Below are positions 1 to 8,940 of a DNA stretch of 30,162 bases, piece after piece. A model generated the notes under the pieces. That model was not told the DNA's origin, ran no database searches, and worked only from the letters and a program-made list of their open reading frames with translations. Every line of letters starts with the position of its first letter. The first letter of the stretch is position 1. The stretch spans positions 1-30,162 of IMG/VR virus record IMGVR_UViG_3300032295_002696. One strand, given 5' to 3'. This stretch comes from a virus (taxonomy: Duplodnaviria > Caudoviricetes). The translations under genes were made by a program, and so were the position numbers.

Positions 1-101
1 TCTAAACTTTCTTGATGTGATTTCTGTAGTTCTTTACAAGCATCAGAGTCCCACCATTCTTGCATGGCTTTACCGAATTCGTTAGGTTGTTGTTCATCCA
101 T
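1..101 (-). CDS. Partial hypothetical phage protein (runs off the window start)
   Basis: ATG at 101 overlaps the end of the HNH gene; open frame MDEQQPNEFGKAMQEWWDSDACKELQKSHQESL to the window edge. Confidence 0.6.
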   Translation of the reverse strand, partial: MDEQQPNEFGKAMQEWWDSDACKELQKSHQESL

Positions 102-570
102 AATGATACTGTCTCCATTCTTCAACATTAGTTCTTTCTAAGTCAAAAATCATTTTATTAATAGGAGCTCCTGGTTTTTTCATTAATTTCATTCCAGTAT
201 GTTCTAAGAGCATATTACCTTTCTTGGTATTACAGGAACTACATGCAACCACAAGATTTTCCCAAGAGTCATCTCCACCTCTAGAACGAGGAATCACATG
301 ATCTATAGTAAGTCTAGATCGTGCTCCACAATACTGACAAGTATGATTATCTCTCTTATAAATCATTGAGCGAGAAGGAGAGATGTTCATAATTTTGGAC
401 AAAGGAAGTTTTACATAATCTAAAAGTCGTATAACTCTACTTGAAAGAACTTGAGCTTTTTCTTTTAAAAGAAGAACAAGGGCTCTTTTCCAGTTTGTAA
501 AATTGATTGGTTCATAACTAGAATTTAAAACCAATATTGTCTTATGTGGTTCTATTGGTAACTCATGCAT
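94..570 (-). CDS. HNH endonuclease (McrA/HNH_5-like)
   Basis: CQYCG...TIDHVIPRSRGGDDSWENLVVACSSCNTKKG HNH/Zn motif; N-terminal VLNSSYEP typical of this family. Confidence 0.92.
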   Translation of the reverse strand: MHELPIEPHKTILVLNSSYEPINFTNWKRALVLLLKEKAQVLSSRVIRLLDYVKLPLSKIMNISPSRSMIYKRDNHTCQYCGARSRLTIDHVIPRSRGGDDSWENLVVACSSCNTKKGNMLLEHTGMKLMKKPGAPINKMIFDLERTNVEEWRQYHYG

Positions 571-599
571 GACCTTTTTTATGAGCTAACACTATCTAG

Positions 600-833
600 T
601 CAAGATCCAAAAGGACCCCAACGACCTCTTTTAGAATCATCATCGCCATTAATTCTTTGTTCTAACTTGTCAATTAGTTTGTCTGCAGAAATCAGATTAT
701 CAATATCCATAATCATTTCGGCAATATGTTTGCCGACAAATGGTTTCTCTTGACGAGCAGCATAAGACAACGCATTACGTAATGCAGCTTCTGCTTCTTT
801 TAGACTAGTTTCTACTGATTCGGATAGTGCCAT
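600..833 (-). CDS. Hypothetical cyanophage protein
   Basis: 77-aa helical ORF, co-directional and tightly packed. Confidence 0.75.
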   Translation of the reverse strand: MALSESVETSLKEAEAALRNALSYAARQEKPFVGKHIAEMIMDIDNLISADKLIDKLEQRINGDDDSKRGRWGPFGS

Positions 834-835
834 AA

Positions 836-997
836 TTAAAAAATAGGATTTGATCGTTTTTGTTGGAATTCTTCTACAATCTCTAGAATTTTTCTAGAGG
901 TCTTTTTTGCATTGTCTTCATTCCAAGTTTCATTAGAAACATTTAAAAGATAAATTTCATTTGAAATTGCATCAATGAGTTTATCGTAGTTTGTCAT
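836..997 (-). CDS. Small hypothetical protein (53 aa, not in ORF track)
   Basis: MTNYDKLIDAISNEIYLLNVSNETWNEDNAKKTSRKILEIVEEFQQKRSNPIF*; ATGA overlap with the upstream stop at 994-997; fills the gap exactly. Confidence 0.7.
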   Translation of the reverse strand: MTNYDKLIDAISNEIYLLNVSNETWNEDNAKKTSRKILEIVEEFQQKRSNPIF

Positions 998-1245
998 TTT
1001 TTTGCGTTGTATAATAAATTGTGATAACGAAGAATCTCTGGGTTTTCTAAGTCTTTACAACGAGGATAATAGATACCATCCTTATAACAAGCATCTTTAG
1101 GGTCTTGTTTATCGTATTTTAGAACAAAATCTGGCGGTTGTCTAACATTGCAGAGTTCTCCTTGTTTTTTCACAAAATTATCAAAACACAATCCAGCGAC
1201 AAAAGGAGCTACTAAAGATAGTTGCCATAACCAAAGGTCTGCCAT
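994..1245 (-). CDS. Hypothetical protein with hydrophobic N-terminus and Cys residues
   Basis: ATG at 1245 in a TAATG overlap with the upstream stop. Confidence 0.65.
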   Translation of the reverse strand: MADLWLWQLSLVAPFVAGLCFDNFVKKQGELCNVRQPPDFVLKYDKQDPKDACYKDGIYYPRCKDLENPEILRYHNLLYNAKK

Positions 1246-1874
1246 TAACACTCATCCATCCTAATTGCCTTAGGAACTTTTTCAAGGCGATAAGACCCAT
1301 CACCTTGGTCCATCCACTCAACAAGATCACCTTCTTTCAGATTTGCTGTTTCTAGCAGATCATCTGGGAATGTTACACAGTAAATATCTTTATCGGTGTC
1401 TTCATCTCTAACCTCTTCAACAGGCAGAACCCATTTTTTAACTTTACCCTTTTTATATTCTTCTGGATAATAATTTTCTTCCCAGAAATCGTTCCATGCA
1501 CCTTGACATTCTGGAGATGGATCGTCTTTATCACAACTTAGAGGTTTTTTGTTGTTGGCAATTTGATACTCTATGTCACTATGACCCCAAGGACGCATAC
1601 CATCATCTTCATAATATTTTTTTTCTGCAAGGGTTGATTCAAGAAGTTCTTTTTCTGCAACTACAGTTTTTTGCCAAGCCTTCTTGAACTTTACATCAAA
1701 CTCTTCAAGATAGTAACCAAGAAATTCATATGCTGCCATAGCAAGAGTTTCTGCTTTATCATAATCACCCTTTTGAATTGACTCTGCAGTAGAATCAATG
1801 ATTTCACGAGCGGAACAAATCTTAGATGTTACCATCTCAAGATCATTCATTACTTCCCATAGATCTGATGCCAT
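1245..1874 (-). CDS. Hypothetical protein with C-terminal AbrB/MazE/SpoVT-like DNA-binding domain
   Basis: C-terminal VTFPDDLLETANLKEGDLVEWMDQGDGSYRLEKV resembles the swapped-hairpin motif; likely start MASDLW at 1874. Confidence 0.6.
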   Translation of the reverse strand: MASDLWEVMNDLEMVTSKICSAREIIDSTAESIQKGDYDKAETLAMAAYEFLGYYLEEFDVKFKKAWQKTVVAEKELLESTLAEKKYYEDDGMRPWGHSDIEYQIANNKKPLSCDKDDPSPECQGAWNDFWEENYYPEEYKKGKVKKWVLPVEEVRDEDTDKDIYCVTFPDDLLETANLKEGDLVEWMDQGDGSYRLEKVPKAIRMDEC

Positions 1875-2058
1875 CAATAAATTCCTCAATTGATTCGGGA
1901 TTTTGTATTGCTTCTTCTATAATAGATCTGATTTGATCATCTGTCAAGCCATTTAACCAAGACCAACGTTGATCTTTTGGATTCCATTCAAAAATATAAG
2001 ATCCATCGGGATTTGGGATAATATTTAATCCAGATTCATGTAATAGTTTTTTAGTCAT
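1843..2058 (-). CDS. Hypothetical cyanophage protein
   Basis: 71-aa ORF abutting the carbamoyltransferase stop. Confidence 0.7.
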   Translation of the reverse strand: MTKKLLHESGLNIIPNPDGSYIFEWNPKDQRWSWLNGLTDDQIRSIIEEAIQNPESIEEFIDGIRSMGSNE

Positions 2059-3576
2059 TTATCTATTAAATAATTGTTGCGTTTCTTCAAACCAAAGATA
2101 ATCTAAAGACGAATTATTTAGAGTATTAAAAGCATCCATTGGACTCTCTACTAATGGTTCTCCAGCCAAATTAAAACTGGTATTCAAAAGTATTCCGTAT
2201 CCAGATAATTTTTTAAAATTTTGTAAAAGATCATATAAGTATCCATCTTTTATAGTCTGAATTCTACATGTATTGTCCACATGAGTTATTCCAAGTAATA
2301 TTTTAACATACTTTTCTCTTACTGGAAAACAAATTGTCATATTCGGACTTGATTTTATTTGACCCATATCAAAGTAGATGTTTGCATCCTCTTCCAATAC
2401 TACACAAGCGAAAGGTCTATACCATTCTCTCTTTTTAATTCTATTAACAATGTCTTTTGCATTTGGATTTAATGCATTAAAAAATATTGATCTATTACCT
2501 AATGCTCTTTGACCAGCTTCAGAAAGACCACTATAAACGGCAACAGATTTATTTTGATATAACATATTTGCAACATCTTTTATTGAAGTTGTTATTCCTT
2601 GATAAGAGGAAACATCATGATACAAACCATGAAAAGATGTTGTTTGAATAGGTTGTGGAATTTGGCCAGTCAACTCAATATAAGAATTCATTGCAGCACC
2701 AATACTTACTCCATTATCATTGCATATTGGTTCAAAGTAAAACTCTACATCAGGAAATCTTTGTAGATAATAATAGTTTGTAACGATGTTCATGCCATAA
2801 CCACCAGAGATGCAGACTTTTTGGATTCCTGTCTTTCGTATTGAGTCTTCTATTAGATCTCCGATAATTTTTTGAGTTTGTTGTTGTACTTCATAACAGA
2901 AATCTGCATGTAATTGATAATTATCTGGTTCTACGTTTTTTATTGGTTCTATGTTTGGTTTCTGGTGTAATAAATTTTGGAATAATTCATTTGGAGTCCC
3001 GTATGAAGATAATCCCATTGCTTTTCCGCAATCATCTGGTGTATTTCCAATTAATACCGAAGCAATATCATATAGTCCACCGACTCCAACTTTACCCCAA
3101 GGTAGATCAAATGATGAAAATGATTCCATAACATTCTTATGGATTAAAGTATTTTTTTCTTGATTGAATATAAAGACACTCTCTACCTCAACAAGACCAT
3201 CTTTTATTTCAGATCCAGATCCATCCGCTACAACTACTAAACTCTCGTCAAAATTACTATTATAAAAAGCCAGAGAAGCATGATTTAAATGATGGTCTTG
3301 TTGTAATATCAGATTTGCATCTGGATTATATTTTTTACAAGTTTCAAAAATTGTTGTTATAAACTTATCGCCTTGTGGGGGGTTAAAATTGGATACGCAG
3401 ATTATATCAACTTTCCATTTTTTAGAAATATTATCTACTAAACTTGATATTACCTTTTTATCATAATCATATTTTTTTCTTGTCAATCTTTCTATCAGGA
3501 AATATTTCTCTATCTTACCATCTTTAAAAAGACATAGAGAAGAATTATGACCTAAATGAACACTCAATATTAACAT
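2059..3576 (-). CDS. O-carbamoyltransferase (NodU/CmcH/TobZ family)
   Basis: GHNSS, ERLTRKK, HHLNHA, DGSG, GKAMGLSSYG, SGGYGMN, DNGVSIGAA, GQRALGNRS, KKREWYRPFA, HVDNTCRIQT, LLNTSFNLAGEP motifs. Confidence 0.93.
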   Translation of the reverse strand: MLILSVHLGHNSSLCLFKDGKIEKYFLIERLTRKKYDYDKKVISSLVDNISKKWKVDIICVSNFNPPQGDKFITTIFETCKKYNPDANLILQQDHHLNHASLAFYNSNFDESLVVVADGSGSEIKDGLVEVESVFIFNQEKNTLIHKNVMESFSSFDLPWGKVGVGGLYDIASVLIGNTPDDCGKAMGLSSYGTPNELFQNLLHQKPNIEPIKNVEPDNYQLHADFCYEVQQQTQKIIGDLIEDSIRKTGIQKVCISGGYGMNIVTNYYYLQRFPDVEFYFEPICNDNGVSIGAAMNSYIELTGQIPQPIQTTSFHGLYHDVSSYQGITTSIKDVANMLYQNKSVAVYSGLSEAGQRALGNRSIFFNALNPNAKDIVNRIKKREWYRPFACVVLEEDANIYFDMGQIKSSPNMTICFPVREKYVKILLGITHVDNTCRIQTIKDGYLYDLLQNFKKLSGYGILLNTSFNLAGEPLVESPMDAFNTLNNSSLDYLWFEETQQLFNR

Positions 3577-4430
3577 TTTTCCAAAAATTTGTTTATATCA
3601 TCGATTTTCACTTTTATAGTCATTTTATGATCATTTGGTTTTCCATGAGTAAAAAAATCTTCTAATGGAAATTTATGGTGATGATTTTTCCACCAGTCTT
3701 GGATTAATTTACTACTAATAATATCTATAGGATACATTTTATTGTTGTTGATACAATTATCTCCACTTAAATTTGTATTGAGATTAAAGAGAGGAGCCGA
3801 ATAGGTCACTCCAATATCAAATAGATTGGCATCATGAGCTATTTCCAACTTACTATGTTTATTATGAAATGAATTGTCTCTAAAAGTTAGTCTATATTTT
3901 CCATCACGATATAATAAATCTTTAACTTTTTTTGCATAAGAACGATTTATCAAGTAAGCAGCACCAGATCCAGATAAGATCGTTCGTTTATGCAAAAACA
4001 TTGGAATAGATAACCCATCTGTGGAATATGATCTACAAAAATAAAGTTGAATACATTCCCAATTTTCCGGCAAATTGTTTTGAAAATAAGTCCAATCAAA
4101 ATTCCAATACTCTATATTAGCTAATGATAGATCATCTTCCATCATGATACACATTTCGGACGGATGAGTATCATACCAATTAATAATTGTTTCTATGTTA
4201 TTCAATGCGACAGACATTACAGACAAAGATTCTAAAATTTCTTTCTCTACAACTACGTCTTTCCATTCATTGTATTTTGAAACATGATACTTAGAAGCAT
4301 TAACTCTATGGTAATTTTTGATTCCCCAATAATTAAATTGAGATTCCATTGATTCCCTTCTATCAGGTCTATGATCTAAATTTATATAATAGATCATAGG
4401 AAGATCTTTGAGTTTATTTTCTAAGTCCAT
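3570..4430 (-). CDS. Glycosyltransferase family 25-like (paralog 1)
   Basis: YYINLDHRPDRRESM, MMEDD acidic motif, LPENWECIQL, GAAYLINRSYAKK. Confidence 0.8.
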   Translation of the reverse strand: MDLENKLKDLPMIYYINLDHRPDRRESMESQFNYWGIKNYHRVNASKYHVSKYNEWKDVVVEKEILESLSVMSVALNNIETIINWYDTHPSEMCIMMEDDLSLANIEYWNFDWTYFQNNLPENWECIQLYFCRSYSTDGLSIPMFLHKRTILSGSGAAYLINRSYAKKVKDLLYRDGKYRLTFRDNSFHNKHSKLEIAHDANLFDIGVTYSAPLFNLNTNLSGDNCINNNKMYPIDIISSKLIQDWWKNHHHKFPLEDFFTHGKPNDHKMTIKVKIDDINKFLEKC

Positions 4431-5392
4431 TATTCCCGTTCAAGATCCAATGTAACACAGTGAAAACAACCACTCAATGTTCTAGAGTGTCTCATAGGAA
4501 GCATTGCACACTCTATGCCGTGTTTTTCAAGTTCTTTTCTTGTTGGTTCTTGACGTTCTTCCAGTGCAACTAAATTTGGAGACACACTGAAAAGATTCAT
4601 ATTTACCCATTCGGAGGCATGATTATAACCTGGATAATGTCCAATATCTACAGGTTCTGGACACCAGACTACATCCCAATTTCTAAATGGTTCTGGAAGA
4701 ACATCTACAGACTTAATTCTTTCCGGATTCAATAACATCAAACCTTCACGAAGAAATGCAATCGTGGTATCTATGTGCATGTAACTATAAACACCTTGAA
4801 GAGGATGCACTTTTGCACGATCCCGAAGCATTTCTTGAAGTATGTTAGCCCCTGCAATATTTCCACTATTAGATACAAGATACAAAACATCATCATTTGC
4901 ACGAATGATATTTGCTGCATCAAATGCAGGAGTAACTTCTGTAAGTGCGAGAGTATCCTTATCACCTACACAATCTTCATTGTAAAGTTCTTCTTGATGT
5001 TTACATGGAACAATAATAGTAGTACCGAGAGGATTAAGTAAAGGTTTCCATGCATCTTTTCTGCACTTCAATGGCATTGGAGTTGCAAGAGTCAGGTCTT
5101 TATGAGTAAAGATTACATCTCTTGGACAAAAATTATAATATTCTGTGGGAGTTCTTTCAGGCCTTACAACTTCTACACCTTCCCCCAACAGAAACTTAAC
5201 GAAAGTTTCAAGATCTTCATTTGCCTCATCTATAACTTGTTGTGGATATAGTCCCACTGGAACATCTGAAACATCTTTTCTATCTGCGTAATTGATGGTA
5301 CGGACACTCAAATCTACTTCAGGTACTCTTGCGTAATCAGAAACTCCTACTATAACTTTTTTTAACTTATCCCACTCATTTTGACTTTTCAC
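4430..5392 (-). CDS. Amidinotransferase, StrB1 (inosamine-phosphate amidinotransferase)-like
   Basis: NEWDKLKKVIVG start, CPRD, FDAAN (catalytic Asp), LYLVSNSGN, MHIDT (His), W-x-x-MN, GCFHCVTLDLER (Cys). Confidence 0.9.
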   Translation of the reverse strand: MKSQNEWDKLKKVIVGVSDYARVPEVDLSVRTINYADRKDVSDVPVGLYPQQVIDEANEDLETFVKFLLGEGVEVVRPERTPTEYYNFCPRDVIFTHKDLTLATPMPLKCRKDAWKPLLNPLGTTIIVPCKHQEELYNEDCVGDKDTLALTEVTPAFDAANIIRANDDVLYLVSNSGNIAGANILQEMLRDRAKVHPLQGVYSYMHIDTTIAFLREGLMLLNPERIKSVDVLPEPFRNWDVVWCPEPVDIGHYPGYNHASEWVNMNLFSVSPNLVALEERQEPTRKELEKHGIECAMLPMRHSRTLSGCFHCVTLDLERE

Positions 5393-5889
5393 TGCATTAC
5401 TCCTGTAATTTGAATCGCATATCGATCTTTCATACTAAAATTATAAAATGCATGTATTTCATCATAATTCCAATAAAAACAATCTCCGGCTTTCCAGGTG
5501 CAATGTGCAGTATCTTTAATTTGTAAGATTTGACCTGGGGAATTGTCTTCCAACATCACCATACATCGTATTACCTTACTAGAATCAACATCATTTATTT
5601 CAACATATTTACCGTAAAGATCTGTATGAAGAGGTAAATATTGTCCAGGTTTAAAATAATTGACGGCTGCAGCTACTTTGCCCAAAAATGTAAAATGTGG
5701 AATGATATAATCCTCTACACATTTTGGCATAGGATTTGGTAACTGATACTTATAGATAGAAAGTTTTTCCTTACTGTGACCAGACATCAAGTATTGATAT
5801 ACCAACTCCTCATCTTTGTGAGTGGCCAAAATATATTCAAGATCGTAAAAATCTTGAATATCCCAGTTAGGTTCGATATGGTTAATCAT
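5389..5889 (-). CDS. Cupin / 2OG-Fe(II) oxygenase-like protein (Asp/Asn beta-hydroxylase-like)
   Basis: PGQYLPLHTD (HxD), WKAGD, distal H in IHAFYN, RYAIQITG. Confidence 0.7.
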   Translation of the reverse strand: MINHIEPNWDIQDFYDLEYILATHKDEELVYQYLMSGHSKEKLSIYKYQLPNPMPKCVEDYIIPHFTFLGKVAAAVNYFKPGQYLPLHTDLYGKYVEINDVDSSKVIRCMVMLEDNSPGQILQIKDTAHCTWKAGDCFYWNYDEIHAFYNFSMKDRYAIQITGVMQ

Positions 5890-6473
5890 TTAAATAGCGA
5901 CATTTGCGTTAAATCTGGGTAATCCCTGTGGCTCCATTTTTTACCGGGAATTTTTTTCCGCTCATTTAGTAATTCAATTCCAATTTTGGCCACTTCAGGA
6001 GTCATGTAGTAATGATACCCCATGGTATCTATGTCCTGTTCAGCCCATGGACGACTGAGATCACGACCATCATAAGACATTTTTTTGAGTATATTATAAT
6101 CTTCCTCGTTTTGCAATAAGATTGCACCACCTCTTCCGAGGTTTAAGTGTTTTTTAAACTGAAAACTTAAACACATGAATGTGTCAGGAATATATGTATT
6201 TTCACCCCAAAGAACAGCAGCATCAATAATATTTGTGGGTCCTAGGTAATAGTAATCGGACCATTCATCTTCTCTCCAGCTCCAATCTAATCTAAGTTTC
6301 ATACAGGTCATTGGAACTGAAACATAAGTCCTTTTAGGGATTGTAATGTAATCTTCTTGAGTATGTCTCAAGCAAAGTTCTAGGGCATGAGTACACGAAT
6401 CAGTAGCTACTGCATATGGAGCTCCAAAAAACTCTGCAATTTGAGATTCAAACTCAGTAACATATTCAAACAT
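5886..6473 (-). CDS. DegT/DnrJ/EryC1/StrS-family PLP aminotransferase, shortened form
   Basis: FESQIAEFFGAPYAVATDSCTHALEL, IIDAA (PLP Asp), SFQFKKHL (Schiff-base Lys region), GRGGAIL, GYHYYM; only 195 aa. Confidence 0.85.
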   Translation of the reverse strand: MFEYVTEFESQIAEFFGAPYAVATDSCTHALELCLRHTQEDYITIPKRTYVSVPMTCMKLRLDWSWREDEWSDYYYLGPTNIIDAAVLWGENTYIPDTFMCLSFQFKKHLNLGRGGAILLQNEEDYNILKKMSYDGRDLSRPWAEQDIDTMGYHYYMTPEVAKIGIELLNERKKIPGKKWSHRDYPDLTQMSLFK

Positions 6474-7338
6474 CTTCCAGTTCTCTCGGTGTAATTATTC
6501 TATCATTTGGTTTACCATAAGTAAAGAATTCTTCTAGAGTATATTCATCTCTGAGTTCTGTCCACCATTTTTGACAAGCTTTATAAGAAAATGCCAAATC
6601 GGTTCTTTCTTTTTTTCTATTAATATTTTGAGCCCAACTACCTAAATCTTGATTTACAGAAAACAAAGGCATACAATAAGTTTTTCCATTATGTCCTAGA
6701 AAATAATCAGTAGTAAAATTTGGCATACCCAATCCACCATTCCAAGTAGAATTTACTACTGACCATTTGTAATTACAAATTTTTTGAGAAAGATCAAACT
6801 TACCATCTTTATAATGAAGATTTATTATTTTCTCCGCATATCTTCTATTAATCAATGAAGCTCCAGTATCATGTCCAGACAAAATTGGGTGCAAAAAACA
6901 AGGAACAAGTTTTTCGTTCTCAAAACTCATTTGAATACAGTCCCAATCATATGGGATACTATTCATTAGATATTCCCAATCAAAGTGCCAGTATTCTATA
7001 AAACTAAGATCGTAATCATCTTCCATGATGATAACATAAGGATCATTGGTAGTTTCTAACCAATTTTTAATATTAACAAGATGAGCAACAGTTATAGAAA
7101 TCTCTGCAATATGCCAATTTTTTCTTTTATACCCTTCGGGAAATGGATTCAAAACAACCAGGTCTTTCCAGTAATCTTCGTATGTTGAAAGTTGATACTT
7201 TGATCCAGATACTACTGTATAGTTCTTGATTCCCCAATAATCATATTGAGTCTCAGCATACTGTCGTTTATCTGGTCTTTCATCAATAGTTGCTAGAATA
7301 ATTGGTGGAAGACCTTTTAACTTATCCCTTAAATTCAT
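6466..7338 (-). CDS. Glycosyltransferase family 25-like (paralog 2)
   Basis: KLKGLPPI, ERPDKR, IIMEDD, IPYDWDCIQM, LINRRYAEK. Confidence 0.75.
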   Translation of the reverse strand: MNLRDKLKGLPPIILATIDERPDKRQYAETQYDYWGIKNYTVVSGSKYQLSTYEDYWKDLVVLNPFPEGYKRKNWHIAEISITVAHLVNIKNWLETTNDPYVIIMEDDYDLSFIEYWHFDWEYLMNSIPYDWDCIQMSFENEKLVPCFLHPILSGHDTGASLINRRYAEKIINLHYKDGKFDLSQKICNYKWSVVNSTWNGGLGMPNFTTDYFLGHNGKTYCMPLFSVNQDLGSWAQNINRKKERTDLAFSYKACQKWWTELRDEYTLEEFFTYGKPNDRIITPRELEDV

Positions 7339-8146
7339 GATTTACTTCCATAATTAACTCTTTTCTTTTAGGGGAATTTAAATAAAAAATATCATCTAAA
7401 GTATAATCTTTGAATTTGTTTTTCCACCAATCTAAAACAGCAATATCACAATTTTTAGACATATGATTTATTTTTCCATTTCTATATCCATCACTTATAA
7501 AATTATAATTAGTAGTAAAAATTGGAATTGAATATGTTATTCCGATTTGGTATAAAACAAAGTCTACAGATTGATAATGATATTCTGGCCAATTTTTATT
7601 GTATCCATAGTTAGAATAAAATTTAAACTGATCATCTATAAAATGCAGTTTTATCAATTTTTCCGCATACGATCTATTAATCAGAATACATCCAGTAGAA
7701 TGATTATTTCTAGTCCATTTAGACAGACTCATTTTAATAAATTTTTCCCCAATAATATGGAGTTGAATACACTCCCAATTGCAAGGTAAACTATTAATGA
7801 ATATTTCCCAATCGAACCCCCAATATTCAACTGGTTCTAGACAAATATCATCCTCAACGATTAAACAAGTTTCGGAAATATTAGAATTATACCAGTCAAT
7901 TATACCATGAACTCTATCAACTAAAGTAGCAAGAAACCACACTTTTGTTCTGAGTTTATCGACAATTACTCTAGATTTCCATTCTTCATAATTGTCCACA
8001 GAATATCTAGAGGAATTAACCCTACAGTAATTTGTTATTCCATAGTCTAAAAATTGTTTTTCCAGATATTCTCTACGATCTTTTCTATGTTCCAAATTGA
8101 AATAATATATTGGAGGTAGACCATCTAATTTTGGATGAATTGACAT
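7322..8146 (-). CDS. Glycosyltransferase family 25-like (paralog 3)
   Basis: YYFNLEHRKDRR, LIVEDD, LPCNWECIQL, LINRSYAEK. Confidence 0.75.
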   Translation of the reverse strand: MSIHPKLDGLPPIYYFNLEHRKDRREYLEKQFLDYGITNYCRVNSSRYSVDNYEEWKSRVIVDKLRTKVWFLATLVDRVHGIIDWYNSNISETCLIVEDDICLEPVEYWGFDWEIFINSLPCNWECIQLHIIGEKFIKMSLSKWTRNNHSTGCILINRSYAEKLIKLHFIDDQFKFYSNYGYNKNWPEYHYQSVDFVLYQIGITYSIPIFTTNYNFISDGYRNGKINHMSKNCDIAVLDWWKNKFKDYTLDDIFYLNSPKRKELIMEVNHEFKG

Positions 8147-8148
8147 CG

Positions 8149-8940
8149 CTAATTTAAAAATTCTACCATTTCAATATCATTTTCTTTCCCATAAGAAAAA
8201 AAATCATCCAATGAAAAATTATCTCTCTTATTTTTCCACCAATCATAGTATATGTCTCGACAAATAAAATGATGTTTTTTTGGTACTTTATCCAAATATG
8301 GATTTTGAGTGATTAAAGGTAACTGATACGTGATTCCCAAAAAACAAATAAAACTATCTAACGAAACAACCCGATATCCCTTATTAGATGGATGAGGGCC
8401 ATGTTTGCGGATCAACATGTACTTATCTTTAATATAATGTAAGTTGATTAATTTTTCGGCAAAATGACGATTAATTAAAATTGGACCATAAGCACTCGTT
8501 TTATCTTTAGGGTGAAGATAAAATTTAATATAACGAGATGACTCAAATCCCAATTGAATACAATCCCAGTCATATGGAATATGACTCATTAAATACTCCC
8601 AATCAAAATGCCAATATTGAATTAGATTCAAATCATAATCATCCTCAAATAAAATCAAATGTTTTTCATCGGTCGTTTCTAGCCAATGTCGAATCATTTC
8701 AAGAGTAGAAAGAGTAATTGAAGTTGCCAACCTGTGACGTTTTTCCACAATCATTTGAGGAAAATGCAAAACATTTTTCCAATCTTCATAATTTTCTACT
8801 AGATAATTAGATCCAGAAAATCTAGTTACATTATTAATATTCCACTTTTCAAATTGTCTTTCCATGTATTTCCTTCTATCTAATTCGGAATCTAAATTTA
8901 GATAGTAAATACTGGGAATTCCTTTGAGTTTATCAGACAT
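8149..8940 (-). CDS. Glycosyltransferase family 25-like (paralog 4)
   Basis: YYLNLDSELDRR, LFEDD, IPYDWDCIQL, LINRHFAEK. Confidence 0.75.
   Translation of the reverse strand: MSDKLKGIPSIYYLNLDSELDRRKYMERQFEKWNINNVTRFSGSNYLVENYEDWKNVLHFPQMIVEKRHRLATSITLSTLEMIRHWLETTDEKHLILFEDDYDLNLIQYWHFDWEYLMSHIPYDWDCIQLGFESSRYIKFYLHPKDKTSAYGPILINRHFAEKLINLHYIKDKYMLIRKHGPHPSNKGYRVVSLDSFICFLGITYQLPLITQNPYLDKVPKKHHFICRDIYYDWWKNKRDNFSLDDFFSYGKENDIEMVEFLN

Noticed and set aside
94-570. HNH gene as a mobile element
   Set aside because: No intron structure, terminal repeats or target duplication seen; treated as a free-standing gene
2059-8940. DNA hypermodification pathway
   Set aside because: No nucleotide hydroxymethylase, 7-deazaguanine genes or recognisable DNA glycosyltransferase in the window, and the neighbours are fibre-like genes. 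Not fully excluded without nucleoside MS
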